Notes: a model not told the origin generated them from the letters alone. 64,000 bases of DNA from a bacterium (GCA_035280345.1 DATEGA010000074.1:6664-70663), one strand, 5' to 3'; counted from the stretch's first letter, positions 53,599 through 62,196 are shown. Translations and numbers: made by a program.

Positions 53599-55107
53599 CT
53601 ACGGCGAAACCGCGGCGTTGGCAACGCTGAAAATCTCGGCCGGCGGCGCGGTGAAGCCCTGGACGCGCGTCCGGTATGCGTAGCTCTCGAGCGGATCGAA
53701 CAGGAAGACCGCGGGCCCCTGATCCCAGATGATTTCCTGCGCTCGCTTATACATTGCGCATCGCTGTTGGAGGTTCACGGACGCGGCGGCGTCGTCCATC
53801 AGCTTGTCGAACTCCGGATTGGACCAGCCGGTCCGCTTGCTGCGCGTGTGGTACAAGCGACGCAGCGTGAAATCGGGATCGCCGGTGCCGCCGCCCGTCG
53901 TCGCAATCTCGAAGTCCCAGTTCAACTTCAATAGGTCGTCGAGCCAGATCGCGCGGGGCTGCTGCATGTTCCGGACCCGGATGCCGACGAGCGCCAGCTG
54001 CCCGACGATCGCGTCGGAGACCTCGCGCTCCTTCGGGTTGCCCTCGGTCCACTTGATCGACGTGTCAAAGCCGCGCGGGAACCCTGCCTCCGCCAGCAGC
54101 TTGCGGGCCAGCGTCGTGTCGTACGAAATGGACGGCATCTTCGCGTAACAGACGACGTTGGACGCGATCGAGGATGTCGACGGCGTCGCGATCCCGGCGA
54201 CCAAGGAACTGGTGATCGCGTTCACGTTGATCGCGTGCTGCAGCGCGTGCCGCACGCGGACGTCCGTAAACGGCGGCCGCGACGCGTTGATCCACAACGC
54301 CCGGGTCAGCGTCGTCGGGCCAACTTCGACCTTCACGCCCTGGATCGTCCTGAGGCGCTTCATTTCCTCGGGCGGGAGCCCGACCGCAATGTCGATCTCG
54401 CCGGTCTCGACCGCCGTCGCCCGCGCGGCGACCTCGGGGATATCGACGAAGATCAGCCGCTGAGCCTTCGGGACGCCCTGCTGCCAATAGTTCGGGTTGG
54501 CGTCGAGGACGAGGCGCGCGTCCCGGACGAACTCGGTGAACTTAAACGGACCCGTCCCGATCGGGTGGTCGCCAAAATCGGGCGTCGGCGGCGTGCCGGC
54601 AGGGACCATCGCGAGAATGGTCAGGCTGGACAGGAGTGTTCCAACCGGATCCTGCGTCTTGATGATGACCCGGTACGGATCGGGCATCTCAACGGACTGC
54701 ACCGGAGCGAACAGCGGGGCGAGCGGACCCTTCATGGCGATGACCCGCTCGAGCGACGTCTTGACCGACGCGGCCGTGAAGTCGCGGCCGTCGTGGAACT
54801 TCACGCCGCGCCGCAACTCGAACTCCCACGTCGTCGGATCGACGTTTCGCCAGCGCAGCGCCAGTTGCGGCTGAAACTTCTTCGCCGTGTAGTCCCACGA
54901 CACGAGCTGATTGTAGAGGTGCCGGCCGATGATCCACGACATCCGCTCCGCGCCCGCGCTACCGTGCGGATCGAGCGACAGGATCCGCTGCAGGTACGAG
55001 ACGCGGAGGGTGCCCGGCGCCGGAGCGGCCGTCGTCATCCCGGCGCCCAGTCCGACGAGCAGTAGGCCCACGAGCACCACGGCCGCGACTGACCGCCTCA
55101 CCACCAT
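53599..55107 (-). CDS. ABC transporter substrate-binding protein, family 5
   Basis: Track ORF 53599..55557 trimmed to the ATG at 55107 (MVVRRSVAAVVLVGLLLVGLGAG; G-rich SD). Contains LALRWRNVDPTTWEFELRRGVKFHDGRDFTAASV and GTGPFKFTEF. Confidence 0.88.
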   Translation of the reverse strand: MVVRRSVAAVVLVGLLLVGLGAGMTTAAPAPGTLRVSYLQRILSLDPHGSAGAERMSWIIGRHLYNQLVSWDYTAKKFQPQLALRWRNVDPTTWEFELRRGVKFHDGRDFTAASVKTSLERVIAMKGPLAPLFAPVQSVEMPDPYRVIIKTQDPVGTLLSSLTILAMVPAGTPPTPDFGDHPIGTGPFKFTEFVRDARLVLDANPNYWQQGVPKAQRLIFVDIPEVAARATAVETGEIDIAVGLPPEEMKRLRTIQGVKVEVGPTTLTRALWINASRPPFTDVRVRHALQHAINVNAITSSLVAGIATPSTSSIASNVVCYAKMPSISYDTTLARKLLAEAGFPRGFDTSIKWTEGNPKEREVSDAIVGQLALVGIRVRNMQQPRAIWLDDLLKLNWDFEIATTGGGTGDPDFTLRRLYHTRSKRTGWSNPEFDKLMDDAAASVNLQQRCAMYKRAQEIIWDQGPAVFLFDPLESYAYRTRVQGFTAPPAEIFSVANAAVSP

Positions 55108-55297
55108 CACGGCATCCCCCCCGATGCGACTCGATTGCAGACTAAACTCGAGGAAGAGACTACCAACCCGGTGCGGCAAGTCTCCTGCAATCAACCCTGC
55201 GGTAGAGCGTACGATAGGAACCCTCCCCGATGCCACAGAAGGCCGCGAGGCCGGACGATTGCGCGTACGACGACAACCGCGAGAGGAGCGTGCCCAC

Positions 55298-56899
55298 ATG
55301 CTCGTACCGAACGGATCGGGATGGCGTTCCGCGCTGGCGGCGGCCGCGGTCGTTCTTGTGGCATCGACCGTTTCCGTGGGGGCCCCGGCGGCCCCTGCAC
55401 CGGGTGGCACGTTGACGCTCGGAATTCGCCAGGAGCCGAGCACAACCGATCCGCACGCGTCCGCCAACGGAGTGTCGCAGAGAGTGCTCGCGCATCTGTA
55501 CGACGGCCTCGTGTATATGACCCCGGACGGCGCGTACCACCCGTGGCTGGCCACCAAGTGGACGATCGCCCCGGACGGAATGACCTACACGCTGACGCTC
55601 CGCTCGGGGGTAAAGTTCCACGACGGCACGCCGTTCAATGCCACGGCCGTGAAGGTCAGTCTCGACCGCATTATCGATCCGGCCACGCGGTCCACTTCCG
55701 CGATTTCCGCGATCGGACCGTATGCCTCGAGTGAAGTGGTCGATGCGTCCACGATTCGCGTGCATCTCAAGGAGCCGTACAGTCCGTTCATCAACGCGCT
55801 GAGCCAGCCGTGGCTGGGCATCGTCTCACCGACGACCGTCAAGAGCTGGGGCCGGGATTTCGCCCAGCATCCCGTGGGCACAGGGCCGTTCAAGTTCGTG
55901 GAGATGGTTCCGCAAGACCACATCACGCTGGTGCGCAACGCTGACTACGCGTGGCCGCCCTCCGCCGGGAAAGCGCACTCCGGTCCCGCGTATCTGGAGC
56001 GCCTCGTGATCCGGACGGTCCCCGAAGATTCGACCCGGCTCGCCACCCTCCAGAACGGAGAGACGAATCTCATCGAGCCGCTGCCCGAACAAAACGTGGC
56101 CCAGGTCCAGGGCGACCCGAGCCTGTATGTGCTCAAGCAACTCGAGATGGGCGCGGGCCGCGTGGTACTCTTGAACACCCAGCGCGCGCCCACGAACGAC
56201 GTGCGGGTGCGCCGGGCGATTGAATTCGGGGTTGACACCGCGACACTCGTGAAAACGCTGTTTTACGGGCAGCACGTGGTGGGGCGATCGCCGGTGTCGC
56301 CGGTCATGCCCGGCTACGACAAGAGTCTCGAACGCATCTACACGTACGACCCGACAAAGGCCCGCCAGCTCCTGGACGAAGCGGGCTGGCGGCCCGGCCA
56401 GGGCGGCGTTCGCTTCAAGGATGGACAACCGCTCCGGATGAGCCTCTTCATCATTCCCAACATCGGGTCGGAGCCAACGGCCGAATACCTCCAGTCGCAA
56501 CTCCGGCAGATCGGCATTGACCTGGAGATCCGGGCGCTGGCCCGCGCCGCATGGTATGAGGGCATTAACCGGGGAGACCACAACCTCACGCTGGCGTTCT
56601 TCATCTGGCCCGACCCCGACATGCTGCGCACGCTCTATTTCTCGACCAACATCCCGTTCAACTGGTTCCACTACAACAACCCGGAGGTCGACCGGATGCT
56701 GGTGCAGGCCAACCGACTCACCGACATGCGGGCACGCATCAACCTCTACCGTCAAGTGATGCGGAAGGTTATGGACGATGCGCTCCCCCTCACCCTGTAT
56801 TATGAGAACAACATCCTTGCCGCCCGGCGCACGCTGCAGGGCGTCAAGTTCGATGCGGTGGGATACCCGCTGTTCTATGACGCCTACATCACGCGGTGA
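55298..56899 (+). CDS. ABC transporter substrate-binding protein, family 5
   Basis: Track ORF 54929..56899 trimmed to the ATG at 55298 (SD GAGAGGAG). Leader MLVPNGSGWRSALAAAAVVLVASTVSVGA. Contains LATKWTIAPDGMTYTLTLRSGVKFHDGTPFNATAV and GTGPFKFVEM. Confidence 0.88.
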   Translation: MLVPNGSGWRSALAAAAVVLVASTVSVGAPAAPAPGGTLTLGIRQEPSTTDPHASANGVSQRVLAHLYDGLVYMTPDGAYHPWLATKWTIAPDGMTYTLTLRSGVKFHDGTPFNATAVKVSLDRIIDPATRSTSAISAIGPYASSEVVDASTIRVHLKEPYSPFINALSQPWLGIVSPTTVKSWGRDFAQHPVGTGPFKFVEMVPQDHITLVRNADYAWPPSAGKAHSGPAYLERLVIRTVPEDSTRLATLQNGETNLIEPLPEQNVAQVQGDPSLYVLKQLEMGAGRVVLLNTQRAPTNDVRVRRAIEFGVDTATLVKTLFYGQHVVGRSPVSPVMPGYDKSLERIYTYDPTKARQLLDEAGWRPGQGGVRFKDGQPLRMSLFIIPNIGSEPTAEYLQSQLRQIGIDLEIRALARAAWYEGINRGDHNLTLAFFIWPDPDMLRTLYFSTNIPFNWFHYNNPEVDRMLVQANRLTDMRARINLYRQVMRKVMDDALPLTLYYENNILAARRTLQGVKFDAVGYPLFYDAYITR

Positions 56900-56917
56900 C
56901 CGGCTCGCCCGTGCGCG

Positions 56918-57844
56918 ATGACGTCGTACGCGGCACGGCGGGTACTGTCCACGCTGCCCGTGCTGGCCGGAATTACCGTGTTTGTGTTCTTGATGCTGCA
57001 CCTCGTCCCCGGAGATCCGGTGGTACTGCTGCTCGGGGAAGGCGGTGTCGCCTCTCCCGAGGCGATGAACGCGCTTCGCCATGAGCTCGGCCTGACCGAC
57101 CCGCTCCCGCTGCAATTTGTCCGTTACGCCCGCGACATGGCCCGCGGCAATTGGGGCCGGTCGATTCGCTTCAACCGGCCGGTCCTGGCGCTGCTGATCG
57201 AAAACGGACGGTACACCATCGAGCTCGCCGCCGCCGCCCTCGTGATCGCCGTCGCCGCCGGCGTGTCGCTCGGGATCCTCGCCGCCGTCCAGCGTACGGG
57301 ATGGGGAGACAGCGTAGCGATGTTCGTGTCGCTCGTCGGCGTCTCGATGCCCAGCTTTTGGCTCGGGGCGCTCCTGATCTTCGCGTTCTCGTTGCACTTC
57401 CGATGGTTCCCGGCCATCGGGCAGGGCGGGTTGAACCGGCTCGTGCTGCCGGGCTTCGCGCTGGCATTCGCCCCCATGGCGAGCCTCGCGCGTCTGGTCC
57501 GAAGCAGTCTGCTGGAGACGTTCGGCGAGGATTATGTGCGCACGGCGCGGGCGAAGGGCGTGGCCGAACCGGCGGTCGTGATGCGGCACGCGTTTCGCAA
57601 CGCGTTGATCCCGGTCGTCACGTTCTTCGGCCTCGAGATGGGCCGGCTGCTGGCCGGCGCCTTTGTCGTTGAAACCGTGTTTTCTCGTATCGGCTTGGGG
57701 CGAACGATCGTCAATGCCATCTTGAACAAGGACTTTCCCGTGGTGCAGGGCGCGGTGCTGTTCGTCGCGGTGTTGTACGTCGCCGTTAATCTGGCCGTCG
57801 ACCTGTCGTACGCGGTGCTCGATCCGCGCGTACGCTTCGAGTGA
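56918..57844 (+). CDS. ABC transporter permease, DppB/OppB-like
   Basis: 308 aa. N-terminus MTSYAARRVLSTLPVLAGITVFVFLMLHLVPGDP. Contains DYVRTARAKGVAEPAVVMRHAFRN and ends YAVLDPRVRFE. Confidence 0.9.
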   Translation: MTSYAARRVLSTLPVLAGITVFVFLMLHLVPGDPVVLLLGEGGVASPEAMNALRHELGLTDPLPLQFVRYARDMARGNWGRSIRFNRPVLALLIENGRYTIELAAAALVIAVAAGVSLGILAAVQRTGWGDSVAMFVSLVGVSMPSFWLGALLIFAFSLHFRWFPAIGQGGLNRLVLPGFALAFAPMASLARLVRSSLLETFGEDYVRTARAKGVAEPAVVMRHAFRNALIPVVTFFGLEMGRLLAGAFVVETVFSRIGLGRTIVNAILNKDFPVVQGAVLFVAVLYVAVNLAVDLSYAVLDPRVRFE

Positions 57845-58698
57845 CGGCGCCGGCGCCGAGCGGGGCGCGAGGGACCGTATGGCAACGCATCCGCCGGCAT
57901 CCCCACATGGTGGCCGGCGGCTCGGTCTTTCTGGCCCTCGTGCTTCTCGCCGTCGCCGCCCCGATCGTCGCCGACGCGGATCTCTACTTAATGCAGCCGC
58001 AGGACGCGCTCCGGCCGCCCTCGCAGCGGCATTGGTTCGGAACCGACGAGTTCGGCCGCGATCTCTTCACGCGCGTCGTGCACGGCGCGCGCCTATCGCT
58101 CAGTGTCGGCGTGGTCGCCGTCGGCATCGCCTGCGGACTCGGCGTCGCCGTCGGCCTGGCGTCCGGATACTACGGCGGCTTTCTGGACCTCGGTCTGATG
58201 CGCCTGGTGGATCTGATGCTCGCGTTTCCTGGGATTCTACTGGCCCTCGCCATCGTCGCGATTCTCGGTCCGGGACTGACCAACGCGATGATCGCCGTCG
58301 GCATTACCGGAATTCCCTCGTATGCGCGAGTCGTCAGGGGCGCGGTGCTTCAAGCCAAAGCGTTCCCGTACGTCGAGGCCGCCCGCGCGGTTGGCGTCCC
58401 CTCGCGGGTGATTCTCGTCCGCCACGTCCTCCCGAACGTCGCGGCGCCGATCATCGTCCTCTCGACACTGAACATGGCCGCGGCGATTCTCACCGCGGCC
58501 GCACTGAGCTTTCTCGGGCTTGGCGCGCAGCCCCCACAGCCGGAGTGGGGTGCCTTGCTCAACGCCGGCCGAAACTGGCTTCAGCGCGCGTGGTGGTTAA
58601 CGACCTTTCCCGGACTGGCGATCATGGTGACGGTGTTGGCAATCAATACGCTGGGAGACGGGCTTCGGGACGTCCTCGATCCCCGACTAAAGGGGTGA
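57841..58698 (+). CDS. ABC transporter permease, DppC/OppC-like
   Basis: 285 aa, GTGA overlap. Contains HWFGTDEFGRDLFTRVVHGARLSL, PYVEAARAVGVPSRVILVRHVLPN and GDGLRDVLDPRLKG. Confidence 0.9.
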   Translation: MTAPAPSGARGTVWQRIRRHPHMVAGGSVFLALVLLAVAAPIVADADLYLMQPQDALRPPSQRHWFGTDEFGRDLFTRVVHGARLSLSVGVVAVGIACGLGVAVGLASGYYGGFLDLGLMRLVDLMLAFPGILLALAIVAILGPGLTNAMIAVGITGIPSYARVVRGAVLQAKAFPYVEAARAVGVPSRVILVRHVLPNVAAPIIVLSTLNMAAAILTAAALSFLGLGAQPPQPEWGALLNAGRNWLQRAWWLTTFPGLAIMVTVLAINTLGDGLRDVLDPRLKG

Positions 58699-58775
58699 GC
58701 GTCACACGAGGACGTGAAGAGAGCCTACCTGCCCGGCCGCTACGGTGTGCGAGCCGAAGATGCATATCTCAGCGA

Positions 58776-58819
58776 CGAAATAAGAAGTAGCCCGCGACAT
58801 CCAACCGGACATCGCGGGC
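58776..58819 (-). terminator. Strand-specific intrinsic terminator (13-bp stem, GGUU tetraloop, U-rich tail)
   Basis: Minus-strand RNA reads GCCCGCGAUGUCC-GGUU-GGAUGUCGCGGGC followed by UACUUCUUAUUUCG. Two of the 13 pairs are G:U on the minus transcript and become C/A mismatches on the plus transcript, so the hairpin is better on the minus strand. Confidence 0.65.
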
Positions 58820-58842
58820 CCGCGACTAAGAAGGCTGCGCCG

Positions 58843-58911
58843 TTACTGAAGGAGCAGGTGACCAGTTGCCCACATCATCAAACCGGCCAGCAGCAGAAAC
58901 GCGACTAACAT
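58843..58911 (-). CDS. Unannotated 22-aa hydrophobic micro-protein (MLVAFLLLAGLMMWATGHLLLQ)
   Basis: Below the track's size cut-off. ATG at 58911 follows SD GGGGAGGTG (6-8 nt spacing). TAA stop at 58843-58845. The terminator hairpin begins 23 nt downstream. Lies 95 nt after the CUT1 permease stop. Third-position GC is only moderate, so coding status is unproven. Confidence 0.4.
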   Translation of the reverse strand: MLVAFLLLAGLMMWATGHLLLQ

Positions 58912-59006
58912 GGCCCCCACCTCCCCGTACCTTTTTAGCAGTCGCCCGTATTATGACCCGGCGAAGTGAAGACGGCGCACAGTTGCTGTGAAGATCCTTT
59001 GAATTC

Positions 59007-59876
59007 TCACCCCTTGAGTCCGGCGGTGGCGATGCCACGGACATAGTAGCGCTGGAAGATGACAAACAAAATAAGCGGCGCCGCGGCCGCCAGCGAGAGG
59101 GCGGCGAAGATCTTGTCGTACTGAATGGCGTCGCCCTGCCCGAACGTCGCCACCGCGACCTGCACCACTCGCATGCTCGCGTTGTTCGTCACGACGAGCG
59201 GCCACGTGAAGCTGCCCCACATCTCCTGAAACGCCAGGAGCGCAACAGACAGCAGTACCGGCCGGCTGAGCGGCAGCACGATGCGCCAGTAGATGCCCCA
59301 GTGCTGGCATCCGTCGATCCGAGCGGCGTCTTCCAACTCTTTCGGCAGCCCCAGGAAGAATTGCCGGAGGAGAAAGACGCTCAACGCCCGCGGGACCATG
59401 GGTATGATCAGCACGGCATACGAGTCCACCCACCCAAGCCACCGCACGATCAGGTACAGGGGGACCAGGATTGCTTCGAACGGGATGATCATCACAGTCA
59501 GCACCAGGAAGAACAACAACTCCCGTGCCGCGAACCGGATGCGGGCGAACGCGTAGGCGGCCATTGAACTCGCCGCCACGTCGAGCACAGCCACGCTCCC
59601 GGCCACCACGAACGAATTGATCAAATACCGAGCAAAGGGCTCGTCGTGAAACAGATGCCGGTAGCTGTCGAGTGTCGTATGCCGCGGCAGCACCGTCCAC
59701 AGACCGAATGGATACACATACTGGAAGATCTCCGCGGCGGGACGCAGCGAGGACAAGAACATCCAGACCAGTGGAAAGACGAAGAACACGGCCAGCACGA
59801 GACGCCCCGCGGACAGCATCACTTCCAGCCGCGGCGCGTGCTGCCGCGCACCCCGCCCGAGCGGCACATGAGTCAT
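59007..59876 (-). CDS. Carbohydrate (CUT1) ABC transporter permease, MalG-like
   Basis: 289 aa, ATGA overlap. Contains LEDAARIDGCQHWGIYWRIVLPLSRP (EAA loop) and six predicted TM stretches. Confidence 0.88.
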   Translation of the reverse strand: MTHVPLGRGARQHAPRLEVMLSAGRLVLAVFFVFPLVWMFLSSLRPAAEIFQYVYPFGLWTVLPRHTTLDSYRHLFHDEPFARYLINSFVVAGSVAVLDVAASSMAAYAFARIRFAARELLFFLVLTVMIIPFEAILVPLYLIVRWLGWVDSYAVLIIPMVPRALSVFLLRQFFLGLPKELEDAARIDGCQHWGIYWRIVLPLSRPVLLSVALLAFQEMWGSFTWPLVVTNNASMRVVQVAVATFGQGDAIQYDKIFAALSLAAAAPLILFVIFQRYYVRGIATAGLKG

Positions 59877-60811
59877 TCGCTACGATCCTCGCGCAGCAGC
59901 CAGAACTGAATCGCGGCCAATCCTAGAATGAGGAACAGCAGCGCGAACGACAGCGCGGACGCGTAGCCGAGGTGCACGTAGCGGAACGCTTCGCGGAAGA
60001 GATGGAACACGAGGACGGTCGTCGAGTTCATCGGGCCGCCGCTCGTGATGACGTAGACGGGCGTGAAGATCTTGAATGCCTCGATCGTGTTGACGACAAC
60101 TACGAACAATGTGATCCGCTGCAGGAGCGGCCACGTAATCGACCAAAATCGGCGCGCCCCCCGCGCGCCGTCCATCTCCGCGGCCTCGTACAGTTCGAGC
60201 GGAATCTCGTGCAGCCCGCTGAGATAGATAAGCATGGTGATGCCTGACCACTTCCACGTGGACATCACGGCGATCAGGGGCAGCGCCTGGCGGGGATCCT
60301 GGAAGAAGAGCTGGGGTGGTAAGTGCCCGAGGGCCACCAGGCTGTTGACCGGCCCGTTCGGTGTCGCGAAGAGGATCTCCCAGAGTCCGGCGGCAACGAC
60401 GTAAGACACGACAACCGGCATGAAATAGGCCGTTCGCAGCACGGCGATCCACCGCGCGGAGGGCTGCACGATCAGGGCCAAACCCAGGCCGGCCGCCGTC
60501 TGCAGCGGCACCAGCATGAGCGCGTAGGCGGTGGTGTTGCGCAGCGCGGTCCAGAAGATGGGATCGGCCGCCAGCGCGGCATAGTTCCGCATCCCGACGA
60601 ACGGCGGATGAGGGTTCACTAGATCGTAGTTGTGCAGGCTGACGACGAAGGCGTAGAGGATCGGAGCGATGCCGAAGACGAGCACACCCAGCACCGCCGG
60701 GAGCACAAAGACGTACGCGCTGAGCTCCGGCCGGCGACGCCGCACAAGCCAGCCTGCCGGCAGAGCCACGGCGGCCGCCCGGCCGCCGGCTCCAACCGCT
60801 GCGCGCGTCAC
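59873..60811 (-). CDS. Carbohydrate (CUT1) ABC transporter permease, MalF-like
   Basis: 312 aa, GTG start. Contains LYEAAEMDGARGARRFWSITWPLL (EAA loop). Confidence 0.88.
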   Translation of the reverse strand: MTRAAVGAGGRAAAVALPAGWLVRRRRPELSAYVFVLPAVLGVLVFGIAPILYAFVVSLHNYDLVNPHPPFVGMRNYAALAADPIFWTALRNTTAYALMLVPLQTAAGLGLALIVQPSARWIAVLRTAYFMPVVVSYVVAAGLWEILFATPNGPVNSLVALGHLPPQLFFQDPRQALPLIAVMSTWKWSGITMLIYLSGLHEIPLELYEAAEMDGARGARRFWSITWPLLQRITLFVVVVNTIEAFKIFTPVYVITSGGPMNSTTVLVFHLFREAFRYVHLGYASALSFALLFLILGLAAIQFWLLREDRSE

Positions 60812-60824
60812 CGCGTCCTAACCG

Positions 60825-62162
60825 CTACCTGTAGCGGGCCAGCTCCTGGTCGATCTTCGCGGCCGCCACGTCCAGAATAGGCTTCACTGGGCGACCCAGC
60901 TGGATGTCCTTACTTGCCTGCGTCACCGTATCGTCCACGAAGTCGTACGCAGGCGTGCGCGGCCGCTGCACGGCGCAGTGCGCGAGCCCGTCCCAGAACA
61001 CCGACCACGGATACTGTTTGAGATACGGCAACTCGGCGTACGTCGACTTCAGCGCCGGAAGGTACCCCGCTGCCTTTACCCACTTCAGATGCCCGTCCCG
61101 GCCGGCGACGCTATTCACGAATTCCCACGCGAGGTCGCGTTGCTTGGCCTGCACCGAAATGCCGATATGGTAGGCGCCGGAATTGGTCACGCAGCGGCGG
61201 TCCCTCGGCATGAACGTGGCGCCGACCCGAAGGTTGGAAAAGCGCGCGGCGATATCGCGAAGCACAAACGGATTCCCTTGCGTAAATGCGGTCTGCCCGG
61301 TGCCGAACAGATCGGGGGTCGGTTGAATGGGCGCGAGCTGGCGTTTCGTGTATAGGTCGCCCCAAAACGTGAAAGCGTTCACCGTCGCCGGACTATTGAG
61401 GTAGCCGGTCGCCCGGCTTGCGTCCGGACTGAGGACCTCACCGCCCGACATCGCGAGCCATGGTTGGTAGACGTAGAGCCCGGGTGCGTACGTCGTCGCG
61501 TATGCCCAGCGCGTGACACGGCCTGCGTCCCGCCGGACCACGGCCTCGGCTACGTGAAGAAAGTCTTCCTTCGTCCATTCTTGATCTAATGTGTGGGGCG
61601 GTCGAATCTTTGCCTGGTCGAGCACGTCGACGTTGTAGAGCAGCTGCTCGCCGGATTGGTGCATGGGCAGCGCCCAGACCTTGCCCTGATACGTCATGTC
61701 GTTGCGGGGGGCCGGATAGTAATCGTCGAGCTCCGCCTTCGCGACGAGACCGTCCAGCGGCACGATCATCTTGCGGTATACGTAGTTGGGGATCAGCGGA
61801 AAGTCGACAAAGAAGACGTCCGGGGCCTGGTTGCCCGCGTAAGCCACATTGACTTTCTGAAAGTACTCTCCGAACGGGAACGCCTGCACCTGAACGCGGA
61901 CCCCGGGATGCGACTGCTCAAACGCGCGGCCGAAGCCGTCCAACAGTTCGTTCAAGAGCGGGATCGTATACCGGACGTACCAGAACTGCAGAGTGGTAGG
62001 TGCTGCCGCGCGGACACCCGCTGTCCGTGCGGCGCTGCTAAAGACACCCGCCGCGAGGGCCGCCGCACCCCCGGCGGCCGCGGTCAGGAGCGTCCGGCGG
62101 CTCAACCCCGCCACCGCGCGGCCGTTTGCCGGTTTCCTGCGCTCCTTCCGTGCACGCTTCAT
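60825..62162 (-). CDS. Carbohydrate ABC transporter substrate-binding protein (family 1), TAT leader
   Basis: Trimmed to the ATG at 62162 (SD GGGGGGAGGGG). Leader LSRRTLLTAAAGGAAALAAG. Contains TLQFWYVRY...QAPDVFFVD, typical of CUT1 SBPs. Confidence 0.85.
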   Translation of the reverse strand: MKRARKERRKPANGRAVAGLSRRTLLTAAAGGAAALAAGVFSSAARTAGVRAAAPTTLQFWYVRYTIPLLNELLDGFGRAFEQSHPGVRVQVQAFPFGEYFQKVNVAYAGNQAPDVFFVDFPLIPNYVYRKMIVPLDGLVAKAELDDYYPAPRNDMTYQGKVWALPMHQSGEQLLYNVDVLDQAKIRPPHTLDQEWTKEDFLHVAEAVVRRDAGRVTRWAYATTYAPGLYVYQPWLAMSGGEVLSPDASRATGYLNSPATVNAFTFWGDLYTKRQLAPIQPTPDLFGTGQTAFTQGNPFVLRDIAARFSNLRVGATFMPRDRRCVTNSGAYHIGISVQAKQRDLAWEFVNSVAGRDGHLKWVKAAGYLPALKSTYAELPYLKQYPWSVFWDGLAHCAVQRPRTPAYDFVDDTVTQASKDIQLGRPVKPILDVAAAKIDQELARYR

Positions 62163-62196
62163 CCCGGAGACCCCTCCCCCCGCGTTGTACAGCGCG

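Noticed and set aside
58714-58908. 64-aa plus-strand ORF in the convergent gap
   Set aside because: The SD-like GAGGA is only 1-2 nt from the GTG. The ORF reads through the terminator hairpin and lies antisense to the better-supported micro-ORF. It has no recognisable features.
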